The notes under the pieces: generated by a model
Seen by the model: only the letters and a program-made list of their open reading frames with translations
Database searches by the model: none
Told to the model about the DNA's origin: nothing
Translations under genes and position numbers: made by a program
Part shown: positions 51,381 through 64,000 of the stretch, piece by piece
How the letters are laid out: each line of letters starts with the position of its first letter
How positions within the stretch are numbered: position 1 is the first letter of the stretch
NCBI GenBank assembly: GCA_951406725.2
Contig: OX597825.1
Location: 51,212,001-51,276,000, forward strand
Source of the DNA: Octopus vulgaris
Lineage: Eukaryota
Length of the DNA stretch: 64,000 bases
Direction of reading: 5' to 3'

Positions 51381-53708
51381 CTTAGTGAAGTTAAATAGTT
51401 AATGGCAAATATTATGGCTCATGCACCGGCACAAAAACATACACACACATATATAATATACATATAGTCATTCCATAAAACAAGAGTCATACCCATAGCA
51501 ACCCAAGTACTCCATGCAGACGAAGTTGGAAACAAACAGACGTGGTTCGCAGCGGAACCTTTCATTACTACATGAAGCATAATGCTATACGTCCAAGAGT
51601 AGTCAGATGATCCCTGCGCAAGCTACAACGACAAAGTTGAAGTACACCACCGAAATGATGTAAATGCTCGCCATTTCTGCCTAAAATTTTCAGGACACTT
51701 TTCCGTGAGTGTATTTCAGAGTGAGACAGGCCATCCTTTAGCGACACTTTCTTAAGCTTCTGTCAATCATAAAATCATTCAGAAAGTCTGAACTCTTAGT
51801 TCAGTGACAGACATAGCTGACCATCAATTTTTTGATAAAGATATGGTATTAGTTTTGAACTGATGGATGTAAGAATAGAAGCTGTATATATTCAATAACT
51901 TGATAACATCGATAACATTCAGCAACTTGATACCTAAAAGGTCCTGCAGAATTTTAAGAATAATTCCACTTATATTAGGAAAATACGACTTTAAACATTG
52001 CATTACTAATGTAATCAACGCGGATATTTTAGAATATAGTACTATTTGCCATATGCAAGTACAAGACTTTGTTTATTATTTCAAAAGTATTTACTGATTC
52101 TCTAAAAACGGAATTTTCTATTGCCTTCATTATCATTTCTTTCTTGCTGCTTCATTATTCAAAGTATCGTAATTTACACGTTATAAAATTTATATCCAAC
52201 TTAAATTTTTAATCATAAAATTAAGGTATTTGCAAGTAAAATTAAATTGAAATTTCCAACAAATAATTATTTGACCAGTTTTGTTGCCAATTCGAGAAAA
52301 TTCTAATACGCATTCGCATGGATAAAAAGAAAGTGAAAAGAAATTTTACTTTAATAATAACAAAACCTCTCACTTTCTTTCTCTCACCCACTTTCCTTCA
52401 CTATTTTTCTCTTTCTCTCTCTCCCACACATGAATATATGTGTATATATGCATATGCTTATGTAAATGCGAGTGCATGTGTGTATAAATATGAATGAATG
52501 TGCACGTATATATACTTTCATATACATATACGCGTGTATGTATGCGGGCGTACATATACATATTACCGCATATATACATAATATGTGCATATAAAAATAT
52601 ATATATATATATATATACAATTACTGAACGCGATGATGTTTTATTATGCTCTTAGCATTTTCTCTTTCGTTTCAAAAAATCAAAATTGAGAAAATAAAAG
52701 AAATAAAATCTTTCCCTGAAAAGTAATCCATAGACTTAAGTTTTCACTAACATGATTGAAAAGTAAAATTGGTGTAAATTTGGTGCTTTTAAATTTTTAT
52801 TTCTCCCCATAACATCGCATAAAACACGTCCCGGCTTACATATGTCTTCATTTCAATCCTTCTAATACGCATGCTTAATTATTCTGAATTTTAGTTCTTT
52901 CGTTTGATACCAGGCTTATATTTACTTTGCAGTGGACGAAACTATTGATAATTCCAGCAACTAGAAGCTATTTATATTTTAGCCGAATAGCGATGGCATT
53001 GTTTATTTGTTTATTTTTTTGTCAGTATTTTCTATATATTTATTGATTTATTTTCTTTTTAATTGAGAGATTAATGGCTGTTAAGAATAAAACAATATGG
53101 CGTAGAAACAAAGACGATTGCAACATCACGCACAGAAGCACGGATGCGCACAAGCAGACACAAGCAATGGGCATAAGACGCACACATGATGCAGCAAATA
53201 AAACACACACACACACTCACACGCAAACATACACACACATATAATGTTATATTACATTCTAACCAATAAAAATATAGCTTCTAATCACGAGCTCCAATCT
53301 CTTCAATGCATTATATTGAGACGGAATGGTGAAAGCACGTCAACAAAAATATATGAAAAGCAAAAGAGAATAAAAGTAATGGAAAATAATAAATGTATAT
53401 TTACGGATTAATTCTATGAATTGATAGAATCAAATTGGTCGTTCGATTTTAAAGGAAATCTTCAAAATAAATATTCCATTTTATTTGATTAAATCTTCTG
53501 ATCCTGTAATATTCCTGTAAAATGGTTTTACACGTGACAATAATTAGACAAAACTACATCTCCCTTTTCGACACAATTGACATTCTTTTGCTCTTTCTCA
53601 ATACTCACACACACACACATACACGCATACACACACATATATGTAAGTGTATATGCATACATACTTACATATATATATATATTTGTAACTATCTCTATAT
53701 CTATCTAT

Positions 53709-53755
<47 letters not shown>

Positions 53756-54049
53756 TGATGTTCATATGTTGGTAAATGTGGTAATTAAACCTCCGTATAC
53801 CTTGAGCAATTTTGTAATATCATAGTGTCGATCCCGAGTTCTAATCGGCCTAATTATGTTGTTATGTTCATATTCTGTTATGTCCCTGTAACGTGTCGAT
53901 GTCATGAAGCAGTCATAATTTATGTCTTACGCTAACTAAAGGAAATTGGATCTCACATATACACTTAGCAAGGAGATTCAAATAGATAACACGATAATAA
54001 ATATAAATATAGTGGTCGTGTTAAAGATGAGGACGAGGATAATAATGGT

Positions 54050-54250
54050 TTCTAATTTAGGATATAGGCTGCCAATGCTGAGGGATGGACGTAAGTTACT
54101 GCCATCGATCCCAGTTGACTCGTTATTTTATTGACTGCGTGAAAGAGTAAATCTGTTTTCGGAGTTATTTGAACTGAGAACAGACAAAAGCCGGAACAAA
54201 CTCCCAAGGTATTTTTCTGCATACTAACGACTCCGTCATCCCGCTCCCCG
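54050..54250 (-). mobile_element. SINE family B (diverged)
   Basis: Reverse-complement similarity to 14458-14692 and 60520-60735. Confidence 0.5.
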
Positions 54251-54320
54251 CTAACAACAAAAATAATGCTTTATAATATAGTAAGAAGGCCTGAAATTTT
54301 GGAGATGGGACTAGTCGATT

Positions 54321-55171
54321 GTTATGTGAAGATCAATGGTGGAATCGGCTGTAGGTATACTATGGACGGGGAGAAACACCCTTGGATTTTGCCGATGACA
54401 TTAGTCTGTTGGCTGAGAATCACCCACCACTACAAGAAATGATGACAAAAATGGAAAGGGAAGCGGCAAAACTGGGCTGAGAATTAGCAGTCAAAAAAAT
54501 GAAAGTAATGCAAGTTGGGAAACAAGAAGAAAGTGTACAGTGAAAGTTGGACAAGGACCAGTCAAGGAAGTTACAAGCCTCACATATCTAAGAAGCGTAG
54601 TGACAAACAACGGTTATCAAGATATCAGCTGCAGAATTGGCAAGGCATCAGTAGCATTTAGAAGACTGACAATACACTGGTGTATCAATAACATAAGTAT
54701 AGAGCTGAAGATTCGTATGTACAAAACAACAATACTGCTAATAACGATTTATGCTGCTGAGACCTGGAAGATAACAAAAATCGCTCGTCAACTCGATGTA
54801 TTTTATCAGCAGTATCTTAGAAAGATCCTGAGAATCACTCATGACAAATGAGCCATTCTCCAAGCAGCAATATAAGGCACTTGCATGTAATTGTAAAATG
54901 AACGACGAATAAGAATGGCTGGAGACTTACTAAAACTGCCATCAGAAAGGCTTATCAAAACAGCCATGGGCTGAATGCCGTTCGAAGGTAAGAGAAAAAG
55001 TGGCCGGCCAAGAAAAACATGGCGTAGTAACTTCAAAGAAGACCTTCGCAGACTGAACATCGCCTGGGAATAAGCATACCGCTTTACCAGAGAAGGAAAT
55101 AATTAGCAATCATTGACTGCCCAATGTGCAGCTCAAAGGCAAGCAACGGACCTAAAAAGAAGAAGGAAGAG
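54321..55171 (+). mobile_element. 5'-truncated RTE-clade LINE inserted in a SINE B copy, ~14-bp TSD
   Basis: LDFADDISLLAE, EAAKLGLRIS, DISCRIGKAS, IYAAETWK, YLRKILRI and GRPRKTWR motifs; GAA-rich tail; TSD GGGACTAGTCGATT (54307-54320) / GAGACTTGTCGATT (55172-55185). Confidence 0.9.
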
Positions 55172-55974
55172 GAGACTTGTCGATTATATTGAGTCCAGGG
55201 CACAAGTGATGCGTATTTCATCGACCTCGAAAGGGTGAATGAGCATTAAGGCATTTTGTCCGGCTCGCTAACGACGACTCACCGCCTGAATAATAATAAT
55301 GATAATAATGGTTTTAAGCTTTGGTACAAGGCCCGCAGCTGAGATATATCTTAACTTTCTCACTTTCTTTCTCATTCATCGTGTGGTCCCACATGGAAGC
55401 AATATCCACAATAATTGCTTTGGTATTTTCTACAACGATGTCAGGTTTTCTAGCCGCGATCAGATGGTGATAAAAATGCTACTAGAATAGAGAGATTTTC
55501 GCTGTTCTCTTTTTAATTGTCTGTCCGTTTATTTAGTTACTTCGTAAGTGTATACAGCGCGTATGTAGACAGGTCCTTGTTGTGTGCCAAGTTTATAAGT
55601 CTTATTTATTTCTCATTGCATTACATATAAATATATATGTTTTTTTTTTGTTTGGTTACAATAAAAACAATTTTACATTAATCTGAGGGGTTACTCTACA
55701 CTTTTGTAGAGTATTATTCTTAAATACGAATATTGTCGAGATTTAACATCGTACAGTTAAGCCATCGTCGCTCTCTCTCCCCTCTCTCGTTCTTTCTGTC
55801 TGTCTGTCTGTCTCTGTATCTGTCTCTCTCTGTCTGTCTGTCTGTCTCTGTGTATATATATATATATTACATACTTACATGCACACACACACGCACACAC
55901 ATATATACATTTAATTATACATTTATGTCATTACTGAGTGGAAAATTCGAACATATCTTGGCTCGCTACAAAAT

Positions 55975-56330
55975 GTCATCCCAAAAGCCATATAAGAAGT
56001 GTCATGATAAGTGTACAATCAAGCACCATGAAAGGCTCTCAAGGAAACTAACAATGCTATGGGATTTTGATTATATTTTGCATGACATAACAAAAGAGAA
56101 TGTCTCATAATAGTCGCTACAATTCCTTGAGAAAAGCAAATAGAAAATACCTCAATATATGCTTAATTAAAGATGAAATAATAGGAGAGTTTGGATGTCC
56201 AGTAGACAAAATAAAAGTTGTAGCAGTTATCAAGAGAGATTTATTTTTAGTCCTTCCCAAGGGACTATCAAACCCATGGAACATTTAGACATCAAGACAG
56301 ATGAATGCCCCACAAACCTTTCCCCTTTCG
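55975..56330 (+). mobile_element. Highly decayed Dong/R4-type RLE endonuclease fragment
   Basis: KLTMLWDF, KANRKY and DKIKVVAVI...LPKGL resemble the ILWDF / KxxKY / KVVPVVIG...PKxL motifs of this clade. Confidence 0.5.
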
Positions 56331-56855
56331 AATGGCTTGTATTCTCAGGAATCGACTTCATAATTAATATGGAGAAGAAAACAAAATTTAATATTTTTAC
56401 TCATAATGTGCTTTTACATTTAATGATCCTTTCTAATATAACATCGAGGCTGTAAATTTGACAGACGTTTTGTTCAGTCAATTTGAAGGTAATAATTGAA
56501 TGGTACAAAAAAACACTTATACCCCGCTCCACCGTCAAAGTTGACTTTGACGGGATTTGCATTTTAATGAACCCCATAGCTATTCTATCAAACCAAATCC
56601 TTTCCAAATATTTAAATTTTGGGCATGTTATCTATTTACATATTAGTAAATCTGAGAATTGGCAACTGAGTCAAGTAGTAGCAGACGTTGTACAGCATTG
56701 AACATGTGATACACACTTTTATGCATTGTTATAAAACAATATGTACATACATCCATACATATGTAAATACATACACACACACACACATATATATATCATA
56801 TCTACATAAGCATATATATCTCTATATCTATCCACCTATCTATCTATATATCTAC

Positions 56856-56889
<34 letters not shown>

Positions 56890-58637
56890 CTCTATCTATC
56901 TCTCTATCTATCTCTCTCTCTATATATATATAATGCGTTATAAACCAATATAGACAACTGTCTCCATATAACCATATTGAAGTCTTCAGTTGCACTCTAT
57001 ATTCATCATCAGTGGCAGTTATTACGCTTGATCATTTAAGTTTCACCTCTTGAATCGTAACTGGCCTATAATAGACCAAATTTATAAAATATATATAATT
57101 ACCCTCATACTTGAATCAAATCCGTGCGAGCAATTTAGAATGAAGAAATAACTTAATATTTATTTCATTAGTCATGAATTTGTTAATAAATTCCTAAATA
57201 CTGTCTCTAAACCTTCTTGCTATTTTTTGTTTTTTCTCTGCAGCTATTAACCGTTTGTCTTATTACTAACCATTTCTTCCATTTTGTTTTCTTCATTTGG
57301 TAGATCTCTACTGGGATCTGGGAATACATTTTGATTAGGATAAATCTAATCTACTAATCAATACTTGTCGTCACGTACAATATTAGCAGAGTAAAGGAAA
57401 AGGTGTATTGTTGGTTGCAGAAGATGGGTTTCTAATAAAATAACGCAGTGACATATTCCGGTTCATCAGATTTTCTACTAACAGAGGAAGAAGATAGAAA
57501 AGTAAATTAGAAGCGAAATTCAGGAGAAAAGTAACAGATAGCGAGTAGATTAGATGATAAATGAGGTCTGCAAATCAAATGAAAGCAGCACGCTGCATAT
57601 TTCGAACTTTAAGGAAAATTACCTCAACTTCAAATAGTTTATATAATGTGAATATAAGAGATTCAGTTGAACGTATATTTATGAATGTTAACCATACAAA
57701 TACCTTCGTCATTTTCTTTTTATATATTTTCTTCCCTCTTCTCTCTCAGGATAGTCGCCTTGCTGAAGTGAAATTACCAGTGTTTTCCAATGATCTCGAA
57801 AGTTATGCACGTGAGTGCTGAGTTTTCTACTACTGCTACACAAATTGATACTCAAATTGTCGTTAGGAAGTTTGTAGGTGCCTTTATCTCATTAAAATAT
57901 GATGCCTTTGAAAATTTAGCATACGGGAATTTTAGCAATAATGATCAATGATGTACAAAATGAACTGGTTTGTGAACCTGGAGTATCTCAGTACATCAGC
58001 AGTGTATGATTGACAGACATTTCATTGGCTTGCAATGGAAGAGAAGTGAGTTATCGCAGTTGTATTCATGACCTGCCTGTACGTTTTAGACTTCACTCTC
58101 TTCGCTGTGAATGTCAAATTGGATACAGAATGTGACCTGTATACGATGATATGATATAAATCAAAGCACCAGTATGGGTAACTACATTCAGCGAGTAAGC
58201 CAATTCACAAGGCCTATGACTGTGATCTAGAATATTGGAACTTGCAGCGATCAAAACCTGAAGGGCGATTGAAGAGGTGAACAACAAGCGTAAAGATCGT
58301 TATTGGCAGCTTGGGAGAACCAAAAGTTTGGAATACACCAAGACCAAGAGAGAGATAATTGTGCTAAAGAGCCGAATATTCAGGACATGGCTGCAGTATT
58401 AGAGTGGGTGGGTGTGTGGAGTACCCCGTAATGTTGCTTCATTCCATTTCTGTTATATTCAACAAATCACATCCAGTGCGAAGTGCCTGTATTGTGCATG
58501 AATGACAGCTTTAAAAGACTAATATATTAAACTGCAAAAGGTAGTGTCATGTAAATATCTGTAAGTGTGATTAGACAGTACATCTTGCTCGTGATATACA
58601 TATATATATATATATACTACTAATATAGGATAAAATT

Positions 58638-58756
58638 TATTTAGGAGTTTACAAAGAATTTGAGAACTGACCTGTTTTAGCATTTTTCGTTTTGTGCGAA
58701 ACGAAAAATGCTAAAACAGTTCAGTTCATCTCAAATTCTTTGTAAACTCCTAAATA
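58638..58756. repeat. Fold-back with ~55-bp arms between (TA)n tracts
   Basis: TATTTAGGAGTTTACAAAGAATTTGAGAACTGACCTGTTTTAGCATTTTTCGTTT pairs with 58699-58756, with one mismatch and a small indel. Confidence 0.93.
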
Positions 58757-59088
58757 TATCTCCTTCTGTGTATATATATATACTACCAAATATGACTTTT
58801 TTTGGACTAATACTTTTCTGCGTATATATATATAGATACTTCCAAATAACATGATTTTTAATGAAATCCTAATATTTTTATTGACATTTTTGTTTAATAT
58901 TTTCTCAAGATATTTCCTTGTAAACTGTTTTTCCCACTTTCTTATTATTATCAAAGAATGTATATATGTATTGTAATATTTTGTGACAAAACAAAGCTTT
59001 ACATTTTACTTTTAACAATCTATATCTAAAAAAAAAGTGACACCGGTAAAGTGAATAAACATCTTTAAAATTGCATTTTCAAACCTTC

Positions 59089-59163
<75 letters not shown>

Positions 59164-60311
59164 GGAGTGTATGTGTGTGCGTCTGTGTGTGCATATTTAT
59201 TATTGTGAGGATGTAAATACCTCTTAAAGGGATGTTAGCTTCTCATCGATGCAAATGGGTATATTAATATTTTATCCTTTATGTATGAGAAAAAGAACAT
59301 GGAGAAATCGACTGATAGACATCAATTTATTAACACAAATCCAATTTCGAATAACCTCAATTTCTTATAACCTGCAATTGTTTCCATGTTCAATTAATTC
59401 AAATTACAAATAATTAAATTAAAGATGCATTTTGAATATAGTGAATTGAATATTTCATCAGGCTTAGAAATCGACAGAAAAGGAATCACATCTCAATGGA
59501 ATGAGCGATCCTTGGTAGACTCTGCATTAAATTCAGATGTGTGTATGTGTGCATACCAATGCTTTTAAAACACTGTTACTTGTGTATATGTAATATTGTT
59601 TTATTATTATTTAATAGTATCTACGTGCGTATGCGTGTTAATATATTTGGAAAACAAAGGAACCGTTTAGTTGCATAAACAATACCTTCGATACAGTAAA
59701 CTGTAAATAAAACTATTTATCCTTAAATTTTCATTATTACTTGTGAGAGTATGAAATGCCAGTATAGCTTTTTAATTACCTAAGAATTATTTTCTCAGTC
59801 ACTTAGTCATGACTGCTAATTTTAGCAATTAATCACTAATTTTAAAATTAATTCTATTTAAGCTATAAATCTTAGTTATTTTTTACCGTGTACCATATGA
59901 CTATGACGTATTCAATCTGCTTTCTATGATACAGTAGCTGCATTCTACGTCATCAAGATTTGGGTACAATATATTATTTTATTATCAATAATGAGAAGAT
60001 ACAAAGGATGATATTTGAGAAATACATTAGTATTTAGAAAGTTATATCTATTAATTAATATTTACTATATGTTACTTCAATATTAATTTATATTCTAACT
60101 ATCATTTTGATTAAAACAAAAAACTACTTATAATTGCTTGATAGTCAATTTATAATTTTAGTAACTTTTTTCATATTAACTGTAGGTTGTAAGAAATTGA
60201 GGTTATTCGAAATTGGATTTATGTTAAAAGATTGATGTCGATCGTTCGATTTTATCAATTTTATTTTCTTAAACACACACACACACACGTACACACAAAC
60301 ACACACACACA

Positions 60312-60348
<37 letters not shown>

Positions 60349-60519
60349 ACATGTATATATACGGAATAGTGAGTATACTGACGAAATTGAATGTTTAAAT
60401 GGCATATCAGGATGCAAATAGCTTCATCGATTCAACTCTCTTGAACCTTATCATTATTCTACAATGTCCACTCTGAAATGTTGAACATTAAAAGGTCATT
60501 ATTTTTCTAATCTGTAAAA

Positions 60520-60735
60520 CTGAGAGCTCATAGAATCATTAGCACGCCGGACAAAATGATTAGTGGGATTTCGTCCGTTTTTACGTTGTGTGGTCAAATA
60601 CCACTGAGTTCGACTTTGCTTTACATCTTTCCACGGTCGATGAAATAGGCAATAGTTGATCGCTGTGATTAATCTAATCTACTTGGTCCCTTCATCAAAA
60701 TTTCAGGCCTTGTGTCTATGATAGAAAGGCTTATT
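60520..60735 (+). mobile_element. SINE family B (diverged)
   Basis: AGAATCATTAGCACGCCGGACAAAATG...TTTCGTCCG...CGACTTTGC...GTCGAT...AAATTTCAGGCCTTGTG family body. Confidence 0.65.
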
Positions 60736-63700
60736 TTCACGATCTATGACAACAACCGTAAAAACCTTTTTCTAAACGACCATTGTGTATCAACGATATA
60801 TTTTTATGAGAGATTTGAGTGAGAGATAAAACCTTAAAGTCTATAATCCATCTCAAAATATATAGATGACTGAATGTCTTTCCATCATCTAATTTGATTA
60901 GGAAAATTATGGACCTCACAACACACCATTTCTCTTCACAAGGCAAATCAATACGAAACTGGAAAAACCAGGAAAGCGGTCAGGACCCCATTTCATACCA
61001 GCATGTTGCTGCAGTCAACAAATCTTTACAACAACCCAATTAATTTATCATTAAGTAGGAACACTACAGTAGTTTAACACCTAAGTAAAATTAGCGACAC
61101 AAATGTGAAACGGGTGACTGAATGTCTTGCTATATAGACTGTAATTTTACTAGTGTGATAGCTATCCACAAAAATGCAAATCCTAAATAGTCCCATTCAT
61201 TTAATACCGCTTAAACCAAGGAAAAATGTTATCTCTGTAAATTACTGTGAATCAAGACAATGATTAGTTTCAAGTAAACTACTGAAAATGTTAATGTGAA
61301 AGGACGAAAATAGAATAAATGAAGAGTAATCGCTGATATTACGGAAACGGAAACTGGTCCGGAGAATCAGATTTTCTGTAGTTTAGCATCACTGAACAAG
61401 TCAGGCATGTTATCGCAATTGTCTCATTGGCAGAGACTTCGCATTTATAACTGTCATAATTAACATGGAAAGTTATTTAAAGTATTTACTTTATTCAATC
61501 TCATTCTGTTCACGAGCTGTAATTTGAAAGGGAGGAAGTAGGTTGCTTGTGGAAACCGGACATAATACTTAGAGATATTCAATGCGCCGTTTCTTTTCAG
61601 TCTAAGCTTTGTTTAGTTGAATTTTATAGCTCACCACCACCGCCAGGTTTTATAAAACATTTACTAGCACGATCCTATATGATACTAGGGGTCTAATACA
61701 ATTGAATGGATCCTTCCCCTGTATATGTGTAGTCATGCGCTACTGTTTTATAGCATATTAATAGCGTTACCTCAACCTAAATGATTTGTTAAATTTTCAG
61801 AAAAAATATACACAGCAGTTTTAAAATGACATTTTTTGCCAGCCATCACCTCTGCATAATCTGAATATGTATATTATGTTTCTTCTGAATACAAGTAAAT
61901 GTAAGGAAACCCAAGAGTGAGCGATAAAGTATTTTGTCAGAGGATTGACTAAATATTTCAAAGTTAGTTTCGAACTGGCATATTTTCGTATCAGACTTCA
62001 AACAGACTACAAGTTTTCTCTCACCAATTACCAGATTTAATAAAATATATAAAAGAATATGGGAAGACTACAAATCATTCAAACTGTTTTAGAGCGTCAA
62101 CTATGAAAAGTATTCCTGCTTTTACTCAGTGTTTGATGCGCGGTATTATAATATATATGTTTATGGAATATTAGATCGTATTGTTGGCATTGAAAGTTCA
62201 TATGAACAGTAATTGCAGTTTTGCAGAAGCTGTAACAAAAGCAAGTTTTAATCATATTTTCATTAGAACCAGAAAGGTACAGTGGCATAAGCCTGAATCA
62301 GACTAGTGAAGCCTGAATGGCTAATGTCCAACTTGAACGTCTCCAGTTTGATATCTGTAAAGAAATTTGAACAATGCGAAAGTACCAGATGCTTAAGATT
62401 CTGGAAAGTAAAAGTAAACGAAATATTTCAGGCGAAGTTTATTTTATGGAAATAAAACATGGCGTACAAGGTATTATATTTAAGAGGGATAGGAACGATT
62501 TAAGTAAATGTGAAAGTGGGAGGGAAAAGAAAAAGAGACACGGATAACAGAGATGAATACGGAAAAGTGGTCAGTGAGTACTTGTACTGGATTCCTGAGT
62601 TGTCCCATAAATCCATCTCATGATTTCGTTTTGCCATCAAGCATGTGTGTAGTCAATTACTGATCCAAAATAAAAAGACATTAATATAATAGTAATGCAT
62701 ATTATTGGACCCGAAACTTTTCCTATTCATGTAATTCAAATTGAGACATTTTACTTAGTATCGGCTCTGTTGTTCACTAAAACTTTGATTCGACACATGT
62801 TTTGGGATGCGAAGTTACTGCTGGGATTAATTCAGAACATGAAAATGAGTACATTTTCTCGATTAATTTCAAGATATAATTCAAAAGTTAAAGATTATAA
62901 ATTTAAGCGTGGAACATATTGCTGGAAAGCCAGAGTTTTTCTAGTGAACCGATAAAACTTGCAGAATGTGCTAGTATATTGAAAGTAACATTTTGACTAC
63001 AAGTGTGATACCTCTGTGTTATACATCAACTGTGTTATACATCAAGCCGTTCTTTGAATGATTTTACATACGGCTTTGCACAATCAGCTATAACTTTCAT
63101 GTAGTATATATTAAACTGTTACGTCAGTTACTTATATACACTTTCAGCTATTATATTAATGTAGACACTCACTTTTTGTTTGATGTGTGATACATGCCGT
63201 TAAAAAACAAGCTGCGCATTGCTACATCAAATTTAAGCAATTTCTACTATTCAGTAGTACAAAAAAAAAAAACAGAAAAAAAAACCCCCAGAATTCTTTG
63301 GAAAAATTTCGAAGTCTGTATTCCTTTACGTTTTACATCCATGCATCTTTTAGGATTTCTGCTGCCATATTATTTAAGAGTTACTTAATTAACTTAGAAA
63401 TTATTCTCCGAAAATTATATTATTTGCAAAACACATTTCATTGCAAATAATTGATAATTCAGTATTATTTCTGAGATGACAAGGAATTCTATTCTTATAG
63501 AATTAACTGATTAATACATAATCACGACTTGCTATTCGCCCATTCTAGATTTGTTTCTTATTGCTTAACAACTCAAGTGTCATTCACACAATTAAATCAA
63601 TTCGTTGTCACACCATTGGGAATATATTTATCAAGATTTATTAGTTATTAAATATATTGAAACTAATTGAACAGAAGTCTTGCACAAACGATTACCGTAT

Positions 63701-64000
63701 CAGCTTTATTATTTTTGTTTTTGTTTTATCTTACGTAAGAAATTAAGGTCTTATCTAACAAACATATCAATTTTCTGTTCTTTAATCTGTATAAGTGCAT
63801 TATTTTTCTAACTCTTCCACGTATTTGCTTGCAATTTTTTACTTTATGGCTATACGGTACTACATTTATACCATATATAAATACAATAATTTTTGGCACA
63901 CTTAGACAACATTACATCAACATGTATATGTGAGAGATAGACTGAATGTCAGGCTCAACTTTAAGTCACTTCCTGATCCAGTTGTAAAGATTCGAATCAG

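Noticed and set aside
56531-56552. 10-bp perfect stem CCGTCAAAGT/ACTTTGACGG
   Set aside because: Too short, and it overlaps what looks like a decayed SINE B remnant; no Helitron CTAG end follows.
56955-57020. Minus-strand CTGATGA/CTGAAGA...GAGACAGTTGTC next to a microsatellite
   Set aside because: Possibly a decayed hammerhead, but the GAAA box is mutated and no adjacent stem I can be drawn.
61900-62460. Possible hAT C-terminal remnant or exon
   Set aside because: No convincing motif or splice-site pair.

Overview
AT-rich, microsatellite-saturated animal genomic DNA. The repeat landscape (tRNA-derived SINEs with internal (TA)/(TG) tracts, mariners, RTE, CR1, Dong/R4, Tx1/L1 and Penelope-like relics) strongly suggests an octopus/coleoid intron or intergenic region; this is an inference, not a database result. 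No intact host protein-coding gene is supported: most listed ORFs are translations of simple repeats, and every recognisable protein is a decayed transposon. The most interesting signal is a recurring architecture: (TA)n tract, short unpaired tail, arm, inverted arm, (TA)n tract. It occurs in a 2.5-kb Penelope-like element (43034-45500) and in at least seven 80-430 bp fold-backs. Several of these carry outward-facing hammerhead-ribozyme motifs with palindromic stem III, and one apparently intact hammerhead lies at 47430-47511. Other notable items are an ORF1-only (HAL1-like) Tx1/L1 element inserted with a 15-bp TSD into a SINE head, an RTE inserted into a second SINE family, and a near-identical ~1.97-kb tandem duplication.
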